From the sequence record NC_047767.1: a DNA stretch of 64,000 nucleotides; one strand, given 5' to 3'. Positions 1 through 8,383 of the stretch are shown here, piece by piece. Made by a program: the position numbers and the translations under genes. The notes under the pieces are model-generated. The model saw only the letters and a list, made by a program, of their open reading frames with translations, ran no database searches and was not told where the DNA came from. The stretch comes from Staphylococcus phage vB_SscM-1. Each line of letters opens with the position of its first letter. Within the stretch, counting starts at the first letter, position 1.

Positions 1-100
1 CAGTATCATGAGCACTTTTTACATAATCACTTATTTTTCCTAAATCCGTTGTGTTTACTTCTCTTAATTCTTTTACTACAAATGGACTAATTTTTTCCAT
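1..100 (-). CDS. hypothetical protein, N-terminal fragment (gene continues past window start)
   Basis: ATG at 100..98 with RBS aaaggagag 7 nt upstream on the minus strand; the frame stays open to position 1 (MEKISPFVVKELREV...). Confidence 0.45.
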   Translation of the reverse strand, partial: MEKISPFVVKELREVNTTDLGKISDYVKSAHDT

Positions 101-112
101 ATTATCTCTCCT

Positions 113-592
113 TTATTTTCCTATTGATTTTTTAGCTAACATATCTACATGGTCATTCCACTTATTATCACTATGTCCTTTTACTTTTACGAACTCAATT
201 GTTATATGTTTCTGATACTCTCTTAACATCTTAATGTAGGTTTGACTAAGGATATTTCTTGCCTGCCAACTACCTTCATACCACTTTATTAATCCTATAT
301 AATCTACATAAACTACAACTTGCTTATAACCTAACTTTATAGCTTTCTCTATACCATAGCAACAAGCCAATACTTCCCCGGTTACATTGTTGTACTTAGC
401 AAGAGCTTTTTTATCTCCGCCCTTACTAACCTCTGCTAATACTTCAGCATCTTCACTAGGTGAGTCTAATAATACTGCTCCTGAACCATAAGTACCTTCT
501 TTATAATCTGATGAACCATCTGTATATACATAAACAGTACTATCCAATTGGTACCTCCCCTCTAGACAAGAAGTAAGGGTGGTATGAGTCAC
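113..592 (-). CDS. ribonuclease H (RNase HI-like)
   Basis: 159-aa ORF with RNase H motifs (VYTDGSS...GAV, TGEVLA, FVKVKGHSDNKWNDHVDMLAK). Confidence 0.75.
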   Translation of the reverse strand: MTHTTLTSCLEGRYQLDSTVYVYTDGSSDYKEGTYGSGAVLLDSPSEDAEVLAEVSKGGDKKALAKYNNVTGEVLACCYGIEKAIKLGYKQVVVYVDYIGLIKWYEGSWQARNILSQTYIKMLREYQKHITIEFVKVKGHSDNKWNDHVDMLAKKSIGK

Positions 593-737
593 TTGTAAGA
601 TTATAAATATATTTTACATGAATACTTTCATAATCAAAACAACTAAAGCATAGAGACTTAACTTCCTTCTCATCCTTTGCTACAATAAATATTTCAAAAT
701 CATCCAAAGTTACTTTAAATAAACTTTTAAACTCCAT
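540..737 (-). CDS. hypothetical small protein (65 aa)
   Basis: Strong RBS (aagggggcaaaagta) before the ATG at 737. It overlaps the 5' end of the RNase H ORF by 53 nt, so one of the two starts may be misplaced. Confidence 0.35.
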   Translation of the reverse strand: MEFKSLFKVTLDDFEIFIVAKDEKEVKSLCFSCFDYESIHVKYIYNLTSDSYHPYFLSRGEVPIG

Positions 738-750
738 TACTTTTGCCCCC

Positions 751-1437
751 TTAAGATAATCTTTTTAGAATACTTATAAGCTCTTTAATATCTTCTGCGT
801 TATAATCATCAAAATCTCTACCTTCAAAGAAATCATAAGCTTCATATCTTACTCCGTCACTAATATTCTCTGAATCTATAATTTCCTCTAAATCATAAAA
901 GGAACTAATAAGTTCTTCCATATCCACATCATCTAATAAATCATGAAACTCCTGAGCATCATCTGACATAGATTTTAAAATTATATTATGGTAAGTGCTA
1001 CCCTCACCTGCACTTGTATACAAATGATTAATATTAAGAATTACTAGTGTGTTCACTACAACATTAAATTCACTTATAATAGGTAACTCTTCTACTAAAT
1101 ATTTAATATTACTATTAATAATATCATTAATAAGTTCATCACCTAGCATAGCTTTTTCTTCTTTAGAGCTATACTCTCTAAGATTAGAGAAGTCATCTCT
1201 ATATGTTATTAGTGAGTTTCTATCTGTACTTAATAATCTATCCATAGCACCTAGTAGCATAATCATATCGTGATGTGTACTCATTTCCTTAAGTAAATCC
1301 ATTAGTACAAAAAAGGACTCTTCTCCTATAGCTTTTTTAATATCCTGTAACTCAAAGGATTCTATCATAGCTAGTGTATCATCTATTTCTTCAATTGTAG
1401 GCAAATGTTTAATTAAATTATTTTCCTTCATTATCAT
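751..1437 (-). CDS. hypothetical acidic protein
   Basis: 228-aa ORF rich in D/E, tightly packed with its neighbours. Confidence 0.55.
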   Translation of the reverse strand: MIMKENNLIKHLPTIEEIDDTLAMIESFELQDIKKAIGEESFFVLMDLLKEMSTHHDMIMLLGAMDRLLSTDRNSLITYRDDFSNLREYSSKEEKAMLGDELINDIINSNIKYLVEELPIISEFNVVVNTLVILNINHLYTSAGEGSTYHNIILKSMSDDAQEFHDLLDDVDMEELISSFYDLEEIIDSENISDGVRYEAYDFFEGRDFDDYNAEDIKELISILKRLS

Positions 1438-1648
1438 CTTCCTCTTCTAATTCTTTGAATAGCTCCTCTGCTGTCATTCCTAAAGCTTTTTCTAATTTAG
1501 CTCTATTAGCACTTCTAGGTTTCTTTTTACCATACTCCCAGTAGGATATAAGAGAATAATGTACACCTAGTTCACTTGCTAAACTCCTTAAAGTAAATCC
1601 TTGTTCTTCTCTTACTTTTTTAAGTACTAGTGGTTTATTTTCCTCCAT
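1418..1648 (-). CDS. XRE-family helix-turn-helix transcriptional regulator
   Basis: 76 aa with an HTH_3-like segment (LRSLASELGVHYSLISYWEYGKKKP). Confidence 0.65.
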   Translation of the reverse strand: MEENKPLVLKKVREEQGFTLRSLASELGVHYSLISYWEYGKKKPRSANRAKLEKALGMTAEELFKELEEEDDNEGK

Positions 1649-1649
1649 A

Positions 1650-1901
1650 TTAATCCTCCTTATATCTTAATGGATGTGAACCAGATTCTACTACCTTGAT
1701 AAAACGATAGCTATTACCTGGTAAAGCATTATCTCTTACATAACTCTTAGCCTTATTTTTAGCCTCAGCTTTACTCTTTGCTGTTACTTCTAATGGTACT
1801 GTCTTCTCTTTATTACCTAAGTTATAATTAAAGTAAACAGTAAATTTTAATTCCTCTTTCTTAAGAACATTTATTCTAAACCATCTTTTAAGTCTACTCA
1901 T
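1650..1901 (-). CDS. hypothetical basic protein
   Basis: 83-aa ORF coupled to the upstream HTH gene (stop/start 1 nt apart). Confidence 0.5.
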   Translation of the reverse strand: MSRLKRWFRINVLKKEELKFTVYFNYNLGNKEKTVPLEVTAKSKAEAKNKAKSYVRDNALPGNSYRFIKVVESGSHPLRYKED

Positions 1902-1971
1902 CTTAATATCTCCTTTCTTTATTAACTTAAATACATTATAACATATTTATAAAACCAAGTCAACTTAAATA

Positions 1972-2004
1972 TAAAAAAAAGACTAGGAAATTAATCCTAA
2001 TCTT
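1972..2004 (-). terminator. rho-independent terminator (minus-strand) downstream of CHAP endolysin
   Basis: Minus-strand RNA forms hairpin agattagga/tcctagtct followed by a U8 run (plus strand shows A8 at 1973..1980). Confidence 0.5.
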
Positions 2005-2015
2005 TTAGAGTCGTG

Positions 2016-3134
2016 CTAGTATACTTTAGTAATAATTAATCTTTCGTGCCACACGTAACCGTTATTATCTGGTGAATATACTCTACAATACCCATCTTTA
2101 GTAACTTCATAAACATAGAATATTTGACCCGGTTTGTATTTCTCATTCTTAAGTGTACCATTTCTAGTTGTAATTGTAACACCTGCACTATCGGCTTTAG
2201 CTTGTAGTATAGGTTTCTTTTGAACCTTTATTGTCCCTTTAGGAACTTTTTTACCAATTGCTAACTTAAGTTTTGGTGCCGGTGTTTTTTTCTTAGGTGT
2301 TACTTTCTTTTTAGCTTTAGCAACTGTAGCTTTAGCTTTAGCAACTGTCTTATTCTTAAATATCTCTACAACTCTTAAGCGTTCGAACCATACCCAACCA
2401 TTATTACTATTTGAGTATACTCTAGCCCAACCATTTTTAATTTCAAAGATATAAAATTGGTCATATCCTGCTTGGTAAACTTCGTTAGTAGGGTAGTACT
2501 TACCATTTTGTAACTTACAAATATTTACACCATACTTATCTGCTTTAGCTCTGAAATAAGCACCTTTAGAGTTAGATAAAGTTTTAGGTGGTACTTTACC
2601 TTTAACAATAGCTTTAGCTCCACTTGAACTATTAGATGTTGCAGGTGCTTTAGGTTTAGTAACTGGTTTAACTGTAGTAGGTTTACTTTCTGTAACTGTA
2701 GAACTTTTAGCGTACTTAGGTCTAATAAATACCATTGATGGGTCGTATGAGTGAGAACGTCTAGTAGCAACTTCAGTCTTACTTATTCCTCCACCCAACC
2801 AATTCTGCTCGATTACAGTTATTGTATTAAGTGTAGCACTGATAACTGAGGCAACGTGACCATATCCACCACCAAAAGTAGGACTAGTCCATACTACAAT
2901 ATCACCCGGTTGTGCTAAAAATTCAGGTGTATTGTTATATATATCTGCCTTACCTGTGAAGTCATTTTTATAAGGTATATCCTTAGCACCTTCACCGGCT
3001 AATGACATTCCCATTGCAAAGTAAGCATGGTAGTTAGCAGTATCAAAGCATTGCCATCCTGCATAGTTGTCCCAATCCCAACCTTTACCTTCTAAGGACT
3101 TAATGTAGTCCACAACTTGTTTTTGTGTTTTCAT
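2016..3134 (-). CDS. endolysin: CHAP peptidase domain plus two SH3b-like cell-wall-binding repeats
   Basis: N-terminal CHAP signature (YAGWQCFDTANYHAY...GYGHVASVIS). Two C-terminal repeats resemble each other and the C-terminus of the adjacent amidase (…WVWHERL…). Confidence 0.75.
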   Translation of the reverse strand: MKTQKQVVDYIKSLEGKGWDWDNYAGWQCFDTANYHAYFAMGMSLAGEGAKDIPYKNDFTGKADIYNNTPEFLAQPGDIVVWTSPTFGGGYGHVASVISATLNTITVIEQNWLGGGISKTEVATRRSHSYDPSMVFIRPKYAKSSTVTESKPTTVKPVTKPKAPATSNSSSGAKAIVKGKVPPKTLSNSKGAYFRAKADKYGVNICKLQNGKYYPTNEVYQAGYDQFYIFEIKNGWARVYSNSNNGWVWFERLRVVEIFKNKTVAKAKATVAKAKKKVTPKKKTPAPKLKLAIGKKVPKGTIKVQKKPILQAKADSAGVTITTRNGTLKNEKYKPGQIFYVYEVTKDGYCRVYSPDNNGYVWHERLIITKVY

Positions 3135-3182
3135 TTATTCTATTTCCTTTCTTGTTATATTGTATTCTTAATATAACAAGAT

Positions 3183-3216
3183 ACAAAAATAGGACTAAGG
3201 AATTAACCTTAGTCCT
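3183..3216 (-). terminator. rho-independent terminator (minus-strand) downstream of amidase endolysin
   Basis: Perfect 10-bp stem aggactaagg/ccttagtcct with loop aattaa; on the minus-strand RNA it is followed by a U-rich tract. Confidence 0.55.
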
Positions 3217-3223
3217 AAATATA

Positions 3224-4105
3224 TTACATAACTTTAGTAATAATTAATCGTTCATGCCATACCCAAAGATTTGAGTCTTTTGAATAAATTCTAGCCCAAC
3301 CATCTTTAACTTCGTAAACATGGAAATTAGGTGTACCTGCTTTATAAACTAGGTTAGTCTTTTGATACTTACTACCTACTTTTTTACACACTGTAATTCC
3401 TGCACTATCAGCTTTAGCAATAAATTGTTTAGAACTTTTATGAGCTAAAGTTTTAGGTGCTTTTTGTCCTACTTTAAGTTTACTAGTTGTTTTCTTAGTC
3501 TTAGGCTTAGTTGTTTTCTTAGCCGGTGCTTTTGTAGAGCCTCCAATAGATTTACCATGGATACCTTCTGCAATCTTCTTAGTAAATGATTGTAGGTTTT
3601 TCTTAATATAGTTCATGTCACCACTATTAGTAATAAATCCTAGTTCTACTAAACGGTAGTTAATATTAATTTGACCTGCAACATTACAATTTAATAAATC
3701 GTTACGTTTAGTTACACCTCTAATAACTCCTACTGTATCTTTAAGTGCTTTTTGAATACCATTATCAATACTATCTGCTGGATAAGCACTAGGTATAATA
3801 ACATGTCCTCCACTTGCACTTGGACTAGCACTATCTAAATGGAACTCAACTACAACTTTATATCCTTGAGATTTAACCCAATATAATCCGTAGTCTTTAG
3901 TATTACCTAATTTTTGACCATAAGCTGTATCTTGGTACATGTCTTGTGACTTACCGTAAATAGCAACAGTATGCCCTGCTTGCTTAAGATACTTAGCTAC
4001 ATTATCGACAATATTGTTTCTAATGAAATCTCTCTCATTTGTACCATTTCCGACTGCTCCAGGGTCGTTATATCCGTGACCTGCTACTAACATAATTTTA
4101 GTCAT
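3224..4105 (-). CDS. endolysin: N-acetylmuramoyl-L-alanine amidase (Amidase_3-type) plus SH3b-like cell-wall-binding domain
   Basis: N-terminus MLVAGHGYNDPGAVGNG...HLDSASPSASGGHVIIPS is typical of MurNAc-LAA (Amidase_3). C-terminal 65 aa match the CBD repeats of the CHAP lysin. Confidence 0.75.
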   Translation of the reverse strand: MTKIMLVAGHGYNDPGAVGNGTNERDFIRNNIVDNVAKYLKQAGHTVAIYGKSQDMYQDTAYGQKLGNTKDYGLYWVKSQGYKVVVEFHLDSASPSASGGHVIIPSAYPADSIDNGIQKALKDTVGVIRGVTKRNDLLNCNVAGQININYRLVELGFITNSGDMNYIKKNLQSFTKKIAEGIHGKSIGGSTKAPAKKTTKPKTKKTTSKLKVGQKAPKTLAHKSSKQFIAKADSAGITVCKKVGSKYQKTNLVYKAGTPNFHVYEVKDGWARIYSKDSNLWVWHERLIITKVM

Positions 4106-4108
4106 TAA

Positions 4109-4163
4109 AAAATCACCTTTCTGTTATAATTTGTACTACATCTAATATAACAGAAAGGTGATT
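4109..4163. terminator. long hairpin (19-bp stem), probable bidirectional terminator
   Basis: aaatcacctttctgttata ... tataacagaaaggtgattt inverted repeat with a 17-nt loop, and T-rich tracts on both sides. Confidence 0.55.
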
Positions 4164-4170
4164 TATAATT

Positions 4171-4365
4171 TTATTTATTTCTTGATGATAAACTTTCTAG
4201 TTTCTTAATAATTTGAGATGCTGTTTTATTATCTACTGACTCTAAAGTTGTTTCTGGTAAAAGTTCAATTGCATCCCAAACTTCTTGTTTATTACTAAAT
4301 TTTTCATTAACAATAACATTACCAATTAATGATTCCATATAGTAAACTTGTTTATTAGTTGCCAT
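4171..4365 (-). CDS. hypothetical small protein (not a holin: no transmembrane segment)
   Basis: The ORF track starts at 4410, but that N-terminus overlaps the RBS aaaaaggag. ATG at 4365 (MATNKQVYYMES...) is the likely start. Confidence 0.45.
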   Translation of the reverse strand: MATNKQVYYMESLIGNVIVNEKFSNKQEVWDAIELLPETTLESVDNKTASQIIKKLESLSSRNK

Positions 4366-5730
4366 TCCATAAAACTCCTTTTTTATTATATGTATAACCA
4401 CGGACGTCAACGTGGCTTTAAACTTCGGTTTCCATCATCGTAATAACTTCCACCTCAATACTCCGCAGAGTAGACATAGCTATGTAAAGTATATAACTAG
4501 CATCTCTTCCTAGGAGAACACGCTTGCGTTATATACTCAATGAAACTCTACCCTCATTCGAGGAAACAGCAAACCGATTCGTCAATCGCACATGTTAATT
4601 CTCAAGTTTCATTTATGTATAACTCCCTCTAACCTGTAACTTGGGAGCGTGGTAATTTACCATACGTACAAATTCCAGTTTTACATATTCAGGTACTAGT
4701 AAATATTTCAACTAGTTTGTGAAGTACGCTACCTTGAACTCATAAACTCCAATAGCTAAATAAGTTGTTTTTACTGAGGACATTTTTATTATGTATATAC
4801 CCTAGTGGTTAACTAGGGAGTTACTAAGGAACCACCTTAGCAAGTGGATATCTACAAACGTTGGCTAACTCGATACCTGCTACGAGTACTCCTAATATTT
4901 AAAAATAGCGTTAGGCACGCCCACGACCTTCGTAACGTTTTGTTTAGTAAGCTTGTTTATTCTATCAAATAAGTTTATAAATTGTACTTGGTCTGATACA
5001 ATAGTTTACTTACCTATGTATCCCCCTGGGCAATTAAACGCAGGAGGCAGTTCTTATGCCTATCACTTATAAGAAAACCTAAAACCATTATAAGCTGGAC
5101 TTTTGAAGATTGGTTTATTTTGTTCACGCATACGTAAAAACTTACCACTATCCATGGTTGATAAATTCTTACGCCCAGTATCATAGGGTTAGTTGAACAG
5201 GGACAAGTTATGGAACTAACTTGCGATAAAAGAGTTTTGTAGTTTATGTATGGCTAGTTATTTTTTATGTAGGACGAACTAGCAAAACTACATATCATCA
5301 TATAACCAGTAACTTCAGATGATAATAAAGTTTTTTTACAACTGGTTCATTTATGTATTGCCTACTCCTCGTAAGGTGGTAAGCTGAATTAATATATTAT
5401 GTATACTAGGATTGTACCAGTAAACTTCCTAGTGTTATCTTCCCATCTTGCACAGGAGACCTCGAGATTATCAGTCCCTTTAAATAGTTTTTTTCCTATG
5501 CCTATTACTAGATAGTAAGGATTGATTAATTCCAAACGTTACCCTCAATCTTTGGGTTAGCTCACAATATTTGAGTATGACACAGACTGGTTCGTGGATG
5601 ATTACCTCAATTCTATATATGTAACCTTGCACCTTGAACCCATAAACTCAGGTGCACCTAAAGCCGGCTAAGGAGTTTGGGTGACTTGGGGACATAGCAT
5701 TACCTCTTTTTTTGTTAGGACTATGTATAT

Positions 5731-5794
5731 AGAAGTGCAAGGGATTCGAACCCTTAGACTTAGCCTGCCTCCGGACACGCCGACTAGACACTTC
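5731..5794 (-). other. tRNA-like element (T-arm plus acceptor stem; incomplete cloverleaf)
   Basis: Minus strand reads GAAGTGT...AAGGG-TTCGAAT-CCCTT-GCACTTC-T. It has a canonical T-loop GGTTCGAATCC with a 5-bp T-stem and a 7-bp acceptor helix, but only 32 nt lie between them, too few for D, anticodon and variable arms. Confidence 0.35.
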
Positions 5795-5987
5795 TATTAT
5801 GATACCTACACTCAACTTAGTGCTTACACTTAAGATAGCCTAAGGTTTACAAATGTTTAGTTTATATGCATTTCAGCATTTGGCACGGTATCCTACCTTT
5901 TCCCTTCATTTTCTTAAGACAAATGCTATAACCTCACGATTATAGAGACTGTGTTTAAGCACACAGTTAAGCTACTATTGTAATTTC

Positions 5988-6016
5988 ATTATACCATATT
6001 ACTTGTTGTTTGTCAA
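5988..6016 (-). promoter_or_regulatory. sigma-A consensus promoter TTGACA-N17-TATAAT (minus strand)
   Basis: Plus strand has tgtcaa at 6011..6016 and attata at 5988..5993, exactly 17 nt apart. It sits inside the ORF-free block. Confidence 0.55.
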
Positions 6017-6833
6017 CTTCTTTTTTGTATTAAAAAAGTACACCTAGGAAACCTATACCATAATCTTATAGTGTACTGTGGTTTTTTATCTTAGGCTCGA
6101 AGCAACTCGGTACCTAAGAAAGGAAAATATGTATTTCTAGCAGGAAGTTTAGAAAGGATGTTGATATACCAATGTATAACGCTTTAATTAGAGAGGAGTT
6201 AACTTCCTGCTAGACATTATCAGTAAAGGAGTTTTAAGTCTGATAATATGTTTATGTTATTAAAAGAGGAATGATTCTGTTGTATTCTGATTAATACAAC
6301 TAAATATCCAAGCATAGCCCTTCTCAGGGGGAACTACCCAGTAAGAAACAGTATTAGACGACCTAGTGTAAGAAGATTCTATACGGTTGCAAGTCGTAGT
6401 CCATCTTTTACAGCAAAGAGCAATATAGGGGTTAGGTCTTTTACTAACCAACTTTCACACGATATGAAGAATTATAGTAAATTTCTATTTTAGCCTACAT
6501 ATCAAATTTGTTTTGTAATGTGGATTTGTGCTACTTGTACAGGTAACTTTCATTATCAAAACTATTTCTAGTCTCCAACCACATCAGAACTTTAAAGCGT
6601 AGTTTAAAAAGTTTCCGCTAAGAACTCCTTAAACGATTATTCCTGACTGTTACCTTGTCCTATATCCCTTACAGAGTAGTACCAAGCATTCCCCTCGTAT
6701 TAAAAAATACTCTAAGGTAAATGTCTGAGTTCTCACGCAGATTTATTACCTGTGACAATCTTGTACGTTACTCCTATCAGAGAGTTATTCCGTCACTATG
6801 CTTAGATATTTAGTTGTATTATCTTGTATATAT

Positions 6834-6862
6834 AATATAGCATACTTTTAATTCTTTGTCAA
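6834..6862 (-). promoter_or_regulatory. near-consensus promoter TTGACA-N17-TATATT (minus strand)
   Basis: Plus strand has tgtcaa at 6857..6862 and aatata at 6834..6839. Confidence 0.45.
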
Positions 6863-7041
6863 GTTCATTTTCAAATTATTTTAAATATGTATGTAGGATT
6901 CCACTATTAATCCTACATGTTTAATTATTTTAAGTGGTTTGATATAAGTTTTAAACTTATAAGAAAAATTGTTATTGTTTATACTGGAAAACAATTTTAT
7001 AAAAACAGTTGTGTAAGGGGTTTTAATTTGTTTGTAAATAC

Positions 7042-7070
7042 ATTATACCATATAATTCTACCCTTGTCAA
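7042..7070 (-). promoter_or_regulatory. sigma-A consensus promoter TTGACA-N17-TATAAT (minus strand), firing into the ORF-free block
   Basis: Plus strand has tgtcaa at 7065..7070 and attata at 7042..7047 with 17-nt spacing. It lies immediately downstream of the stop of the 7089..7313 gene. Confidence 0.55.
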
Positions 7071-7088
7071 GTTTATTTTAAACTTTTT

Positions 7089-7313
7089 TTATTCTCCTGA
7101 TAATTCTTCTTGTAATTTATCCCAATATTTCTCCGCTTCACTACGATTATCTTCTACGTGCTTAGTTACTTTTCCACATTTGACACAATATAAATCTTTA
7201 ATATGCCCTTCTTCTCTTTTTCTACTTCTCTTACGTGGTACCATAAATACTGAACCACATTCTTTACAGTTTAATTTTGAATAAGTCATTGCTTGTCTTT
7301 TCATTTTTATCAT
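7089..7313 (-). CDS. small zinc-ribbon protein
   Basis: 74 aa with two CxxC pairs (CKECGS...CVKCGK). RBS aaagga upstream; preceded by two tandem consensus promoters. Confidence 0.6.
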   Translation of the reverse strand: MIKMKRQAMTYSKLNCKECGSVFMVPRKRSRKREEGHIKDLYCVKCGKVTKHVEDNRSEAEKYWDKLQEELSGE

Positions 7314-7341
7314 ATCCTTTTCTTGTTTTATTTGTTAATTG

Positions 7342-7370
7342 TATTATATCATAAATAAAAGTATAAGTCA
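7342..7370 (-). promoter_or_regulatory. sigma-A consensus promoter TTGACT-N17-TATAAT (minus strand)
   Basis: Plus strand has agtcaa at 7365..7370 and attata at 7342..7347. The predicted start site is about 20 nt upstream of the ATG at 7313. Confidence 0.6.
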
Positions 7371-7426
7371 ACAAGTATTTAATATTTTTATTCCTGAGTA
7401 AACTTATAAATTTAATTTATAACTGT

Positions 7427-7455
7427 ATTATACTATATCCTGAGTAATAAGTCAA
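7427..7455 (-). promoter_or_regulatory. second tandem consensus promoter TTGACT-N17-TATAAT (minus strand)
   Basis: Plus strand has agtcaa at 7450..7455 and attata at 7427..7432. Confidence 0.55.
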
Positions 7456-7535
7456 CAGATTATACTAAATTTTTTATATTCTGAGTAAATTAAAAAGTAA
7501 AATCCTTTTATATCAAGGGTTTCAAGCTCTAAATT

Positions 7536-7632
7536 TTATGTTTAGAAAATAAGGAGTACTCCTAATATATAATACTATATCTATTATAAATAAATAAAAG
7601 AACTTAAATATAAATATATAAATAATAGAGTT
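7536..7632. repeat. direct repeat copy 1 (~97 bp) in AT-rich intergenic region
   Basis: ttttatgtttagaaaataag...aaaagaacttaaatataaatatataaataatagagtt. About 85% identical to copy 2, 144 bp downstream. Confidence 0.6.
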
Positions 7633-7679
7633 AAAGTCAACAACTTAATTATTACTAAGTTATCTGAATATTCAATTAA

Positions 7680-7776
7680 CTTTATGTTTAGAAAATAAGA
7701 AACCTTCTAATATATATTACTATATATTTATAATTAAATAAAAGAACTTAAATATAAATATATAAATAATAGAGTT
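7680..7776. repeat. direct repeat copy 2 (~97 bp)
   Basis: Aligns with 7536..7632; the last 45 nt are identical. Confidence 0.6.
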
Positions 7777-7816
7777 GGAAAAATCAGCAACAAAAAAGTG
7801 ACTTACAAAAAGTCAC

Positions 7817-8026
7817 TTAGAAAAATAGTTTATAGGATTCAATCATTCGGGTATTTACATATACAGAAGCAGAGTCTATACTGCTTTCAGTAAATACTTT
7901 TACAGTAGGAGTACTAGCTCCACTAATTAGATAATCAATATCTCTGTGTTTAATTGGTTCTTCCTCAGTAGAAACTAAGAAATACTTAGCTCCACTAATC
8001 ATAGTTAGTTCTACATGTTTAATCAT
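7817..8026 (-). CDS. hypothetical protein
   Basis: 69-aa ORF in a tightly packed minus-strand block of small genes. Confidence 0.45.
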   Translation of the reverse strand: MIKHVELTMISGAKYFLVSTEEEPIKHRDIDYLISGASTPTVKVFTESSIDSASVYVNTRMIESYKLFF

Positions 8027-8038
8027 AATATAATCTCC

Positions 8039-8371
8039 TTATGTGAATTTGTTGAATACGAAAGAAAGTATAGCACCCAGAACAAGAAGCAAAACTTTCT
8101 CAGTAGTATCTTTTTTCTTATCATCTTTACTTTTAGTATTCTTTTTAAGTTCTTCAATCTTTTCATCTAACCTATCAAGCTGAACATATATAGCAGATTG
8201 TTTCTCAGAATTAACAGCTAGGTCTTTGTCTAAATCATGTATAATGCTTTTAAGTCTTTCTACATCTTCATCCAGTGACTTATAAGTTTCTTTATCAATA
8301 TAACCCTTTTCTTGTATTTGATTCCTTATTTTTTCTATTTGTTTAACAAGGGATTCAACATTTTGGCTCAC
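8039..8371 (-). CDS. hypothetical coiled-coil protein with C-terminal membrane anchor
   Basis: 110 aa with heptad-like charged repeats and a C-terminal hydrophobic tail (LLLVLGAILSFVF). Confidence 0.5.
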   Translation of the reverse strand: MSQNVESLVKQIEKIRNQIQEKGYIDKETYKSLDEDVERLKSIIHDLDKDLAVNSEKQSAIYVQLDRLDEKIEELKKNTKSKDDKKKDTTEKVLLLVLGAILSFVFNKFT

Positions 8372-8383
8372 TTATAATCACCC

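Larger units (their letters stand above)
4411..7041 (-). other. ORF-free, GC-elevated non-coding block; candidate structured-ncRNA / degenerate tRNA locus
   Basis: No ORF of 60 codons or more on either strand except one implausible 63-aa frame. Composition is about 40-45% GC in sampled stretches, against an AT-rich coding background. Consensus minus-strand promoters lie inside and at its edge. Confidence 0.4.

Noticed and set aside
1049-1273. Small plus-strand ORFs embedded in minus-strand genes or in non-coding DNA (1049..1273, 2525..2770, 6260..6451, 9364..9582, 10251..10442, 20147..20332, 53429..53629, 63266..63683).
   Set aside because: They overlap better-supported genes on the other strand or sit in the ORF-free block, have low-complexity translations and lack ribosome-binding sites.
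1418-1648. Temperate lifestyle (repressor plus integrase module) suggested by the HTH regulator.
   Set aside because: No integrase, excisionase, attachment-site repeats or antirepressor are present in the window. The HTH protein sits among early genes of what looks like a strictly lytic myovirus.
4171-4410. Holin call for the small gene next to the endolysins, and its 4410 start.
   Set aside because: The product has no transmembrane helix. Its first 15 codons overlap the RBS aaaaaggag, so the ATG at 4365 is the better start. The holin must be elsewhere.
4411-7088. A multi-gene tRNA array in the ORF-free block.
   Set aside because: I found only one canonical T-loop (GGTTCGAATCC), and that element is too short for a full cloverleaf. 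No D-loop consensus (AGCTCAGTTGG-like) or further T-loops were visible, so I report a single tRNA-like element instead.
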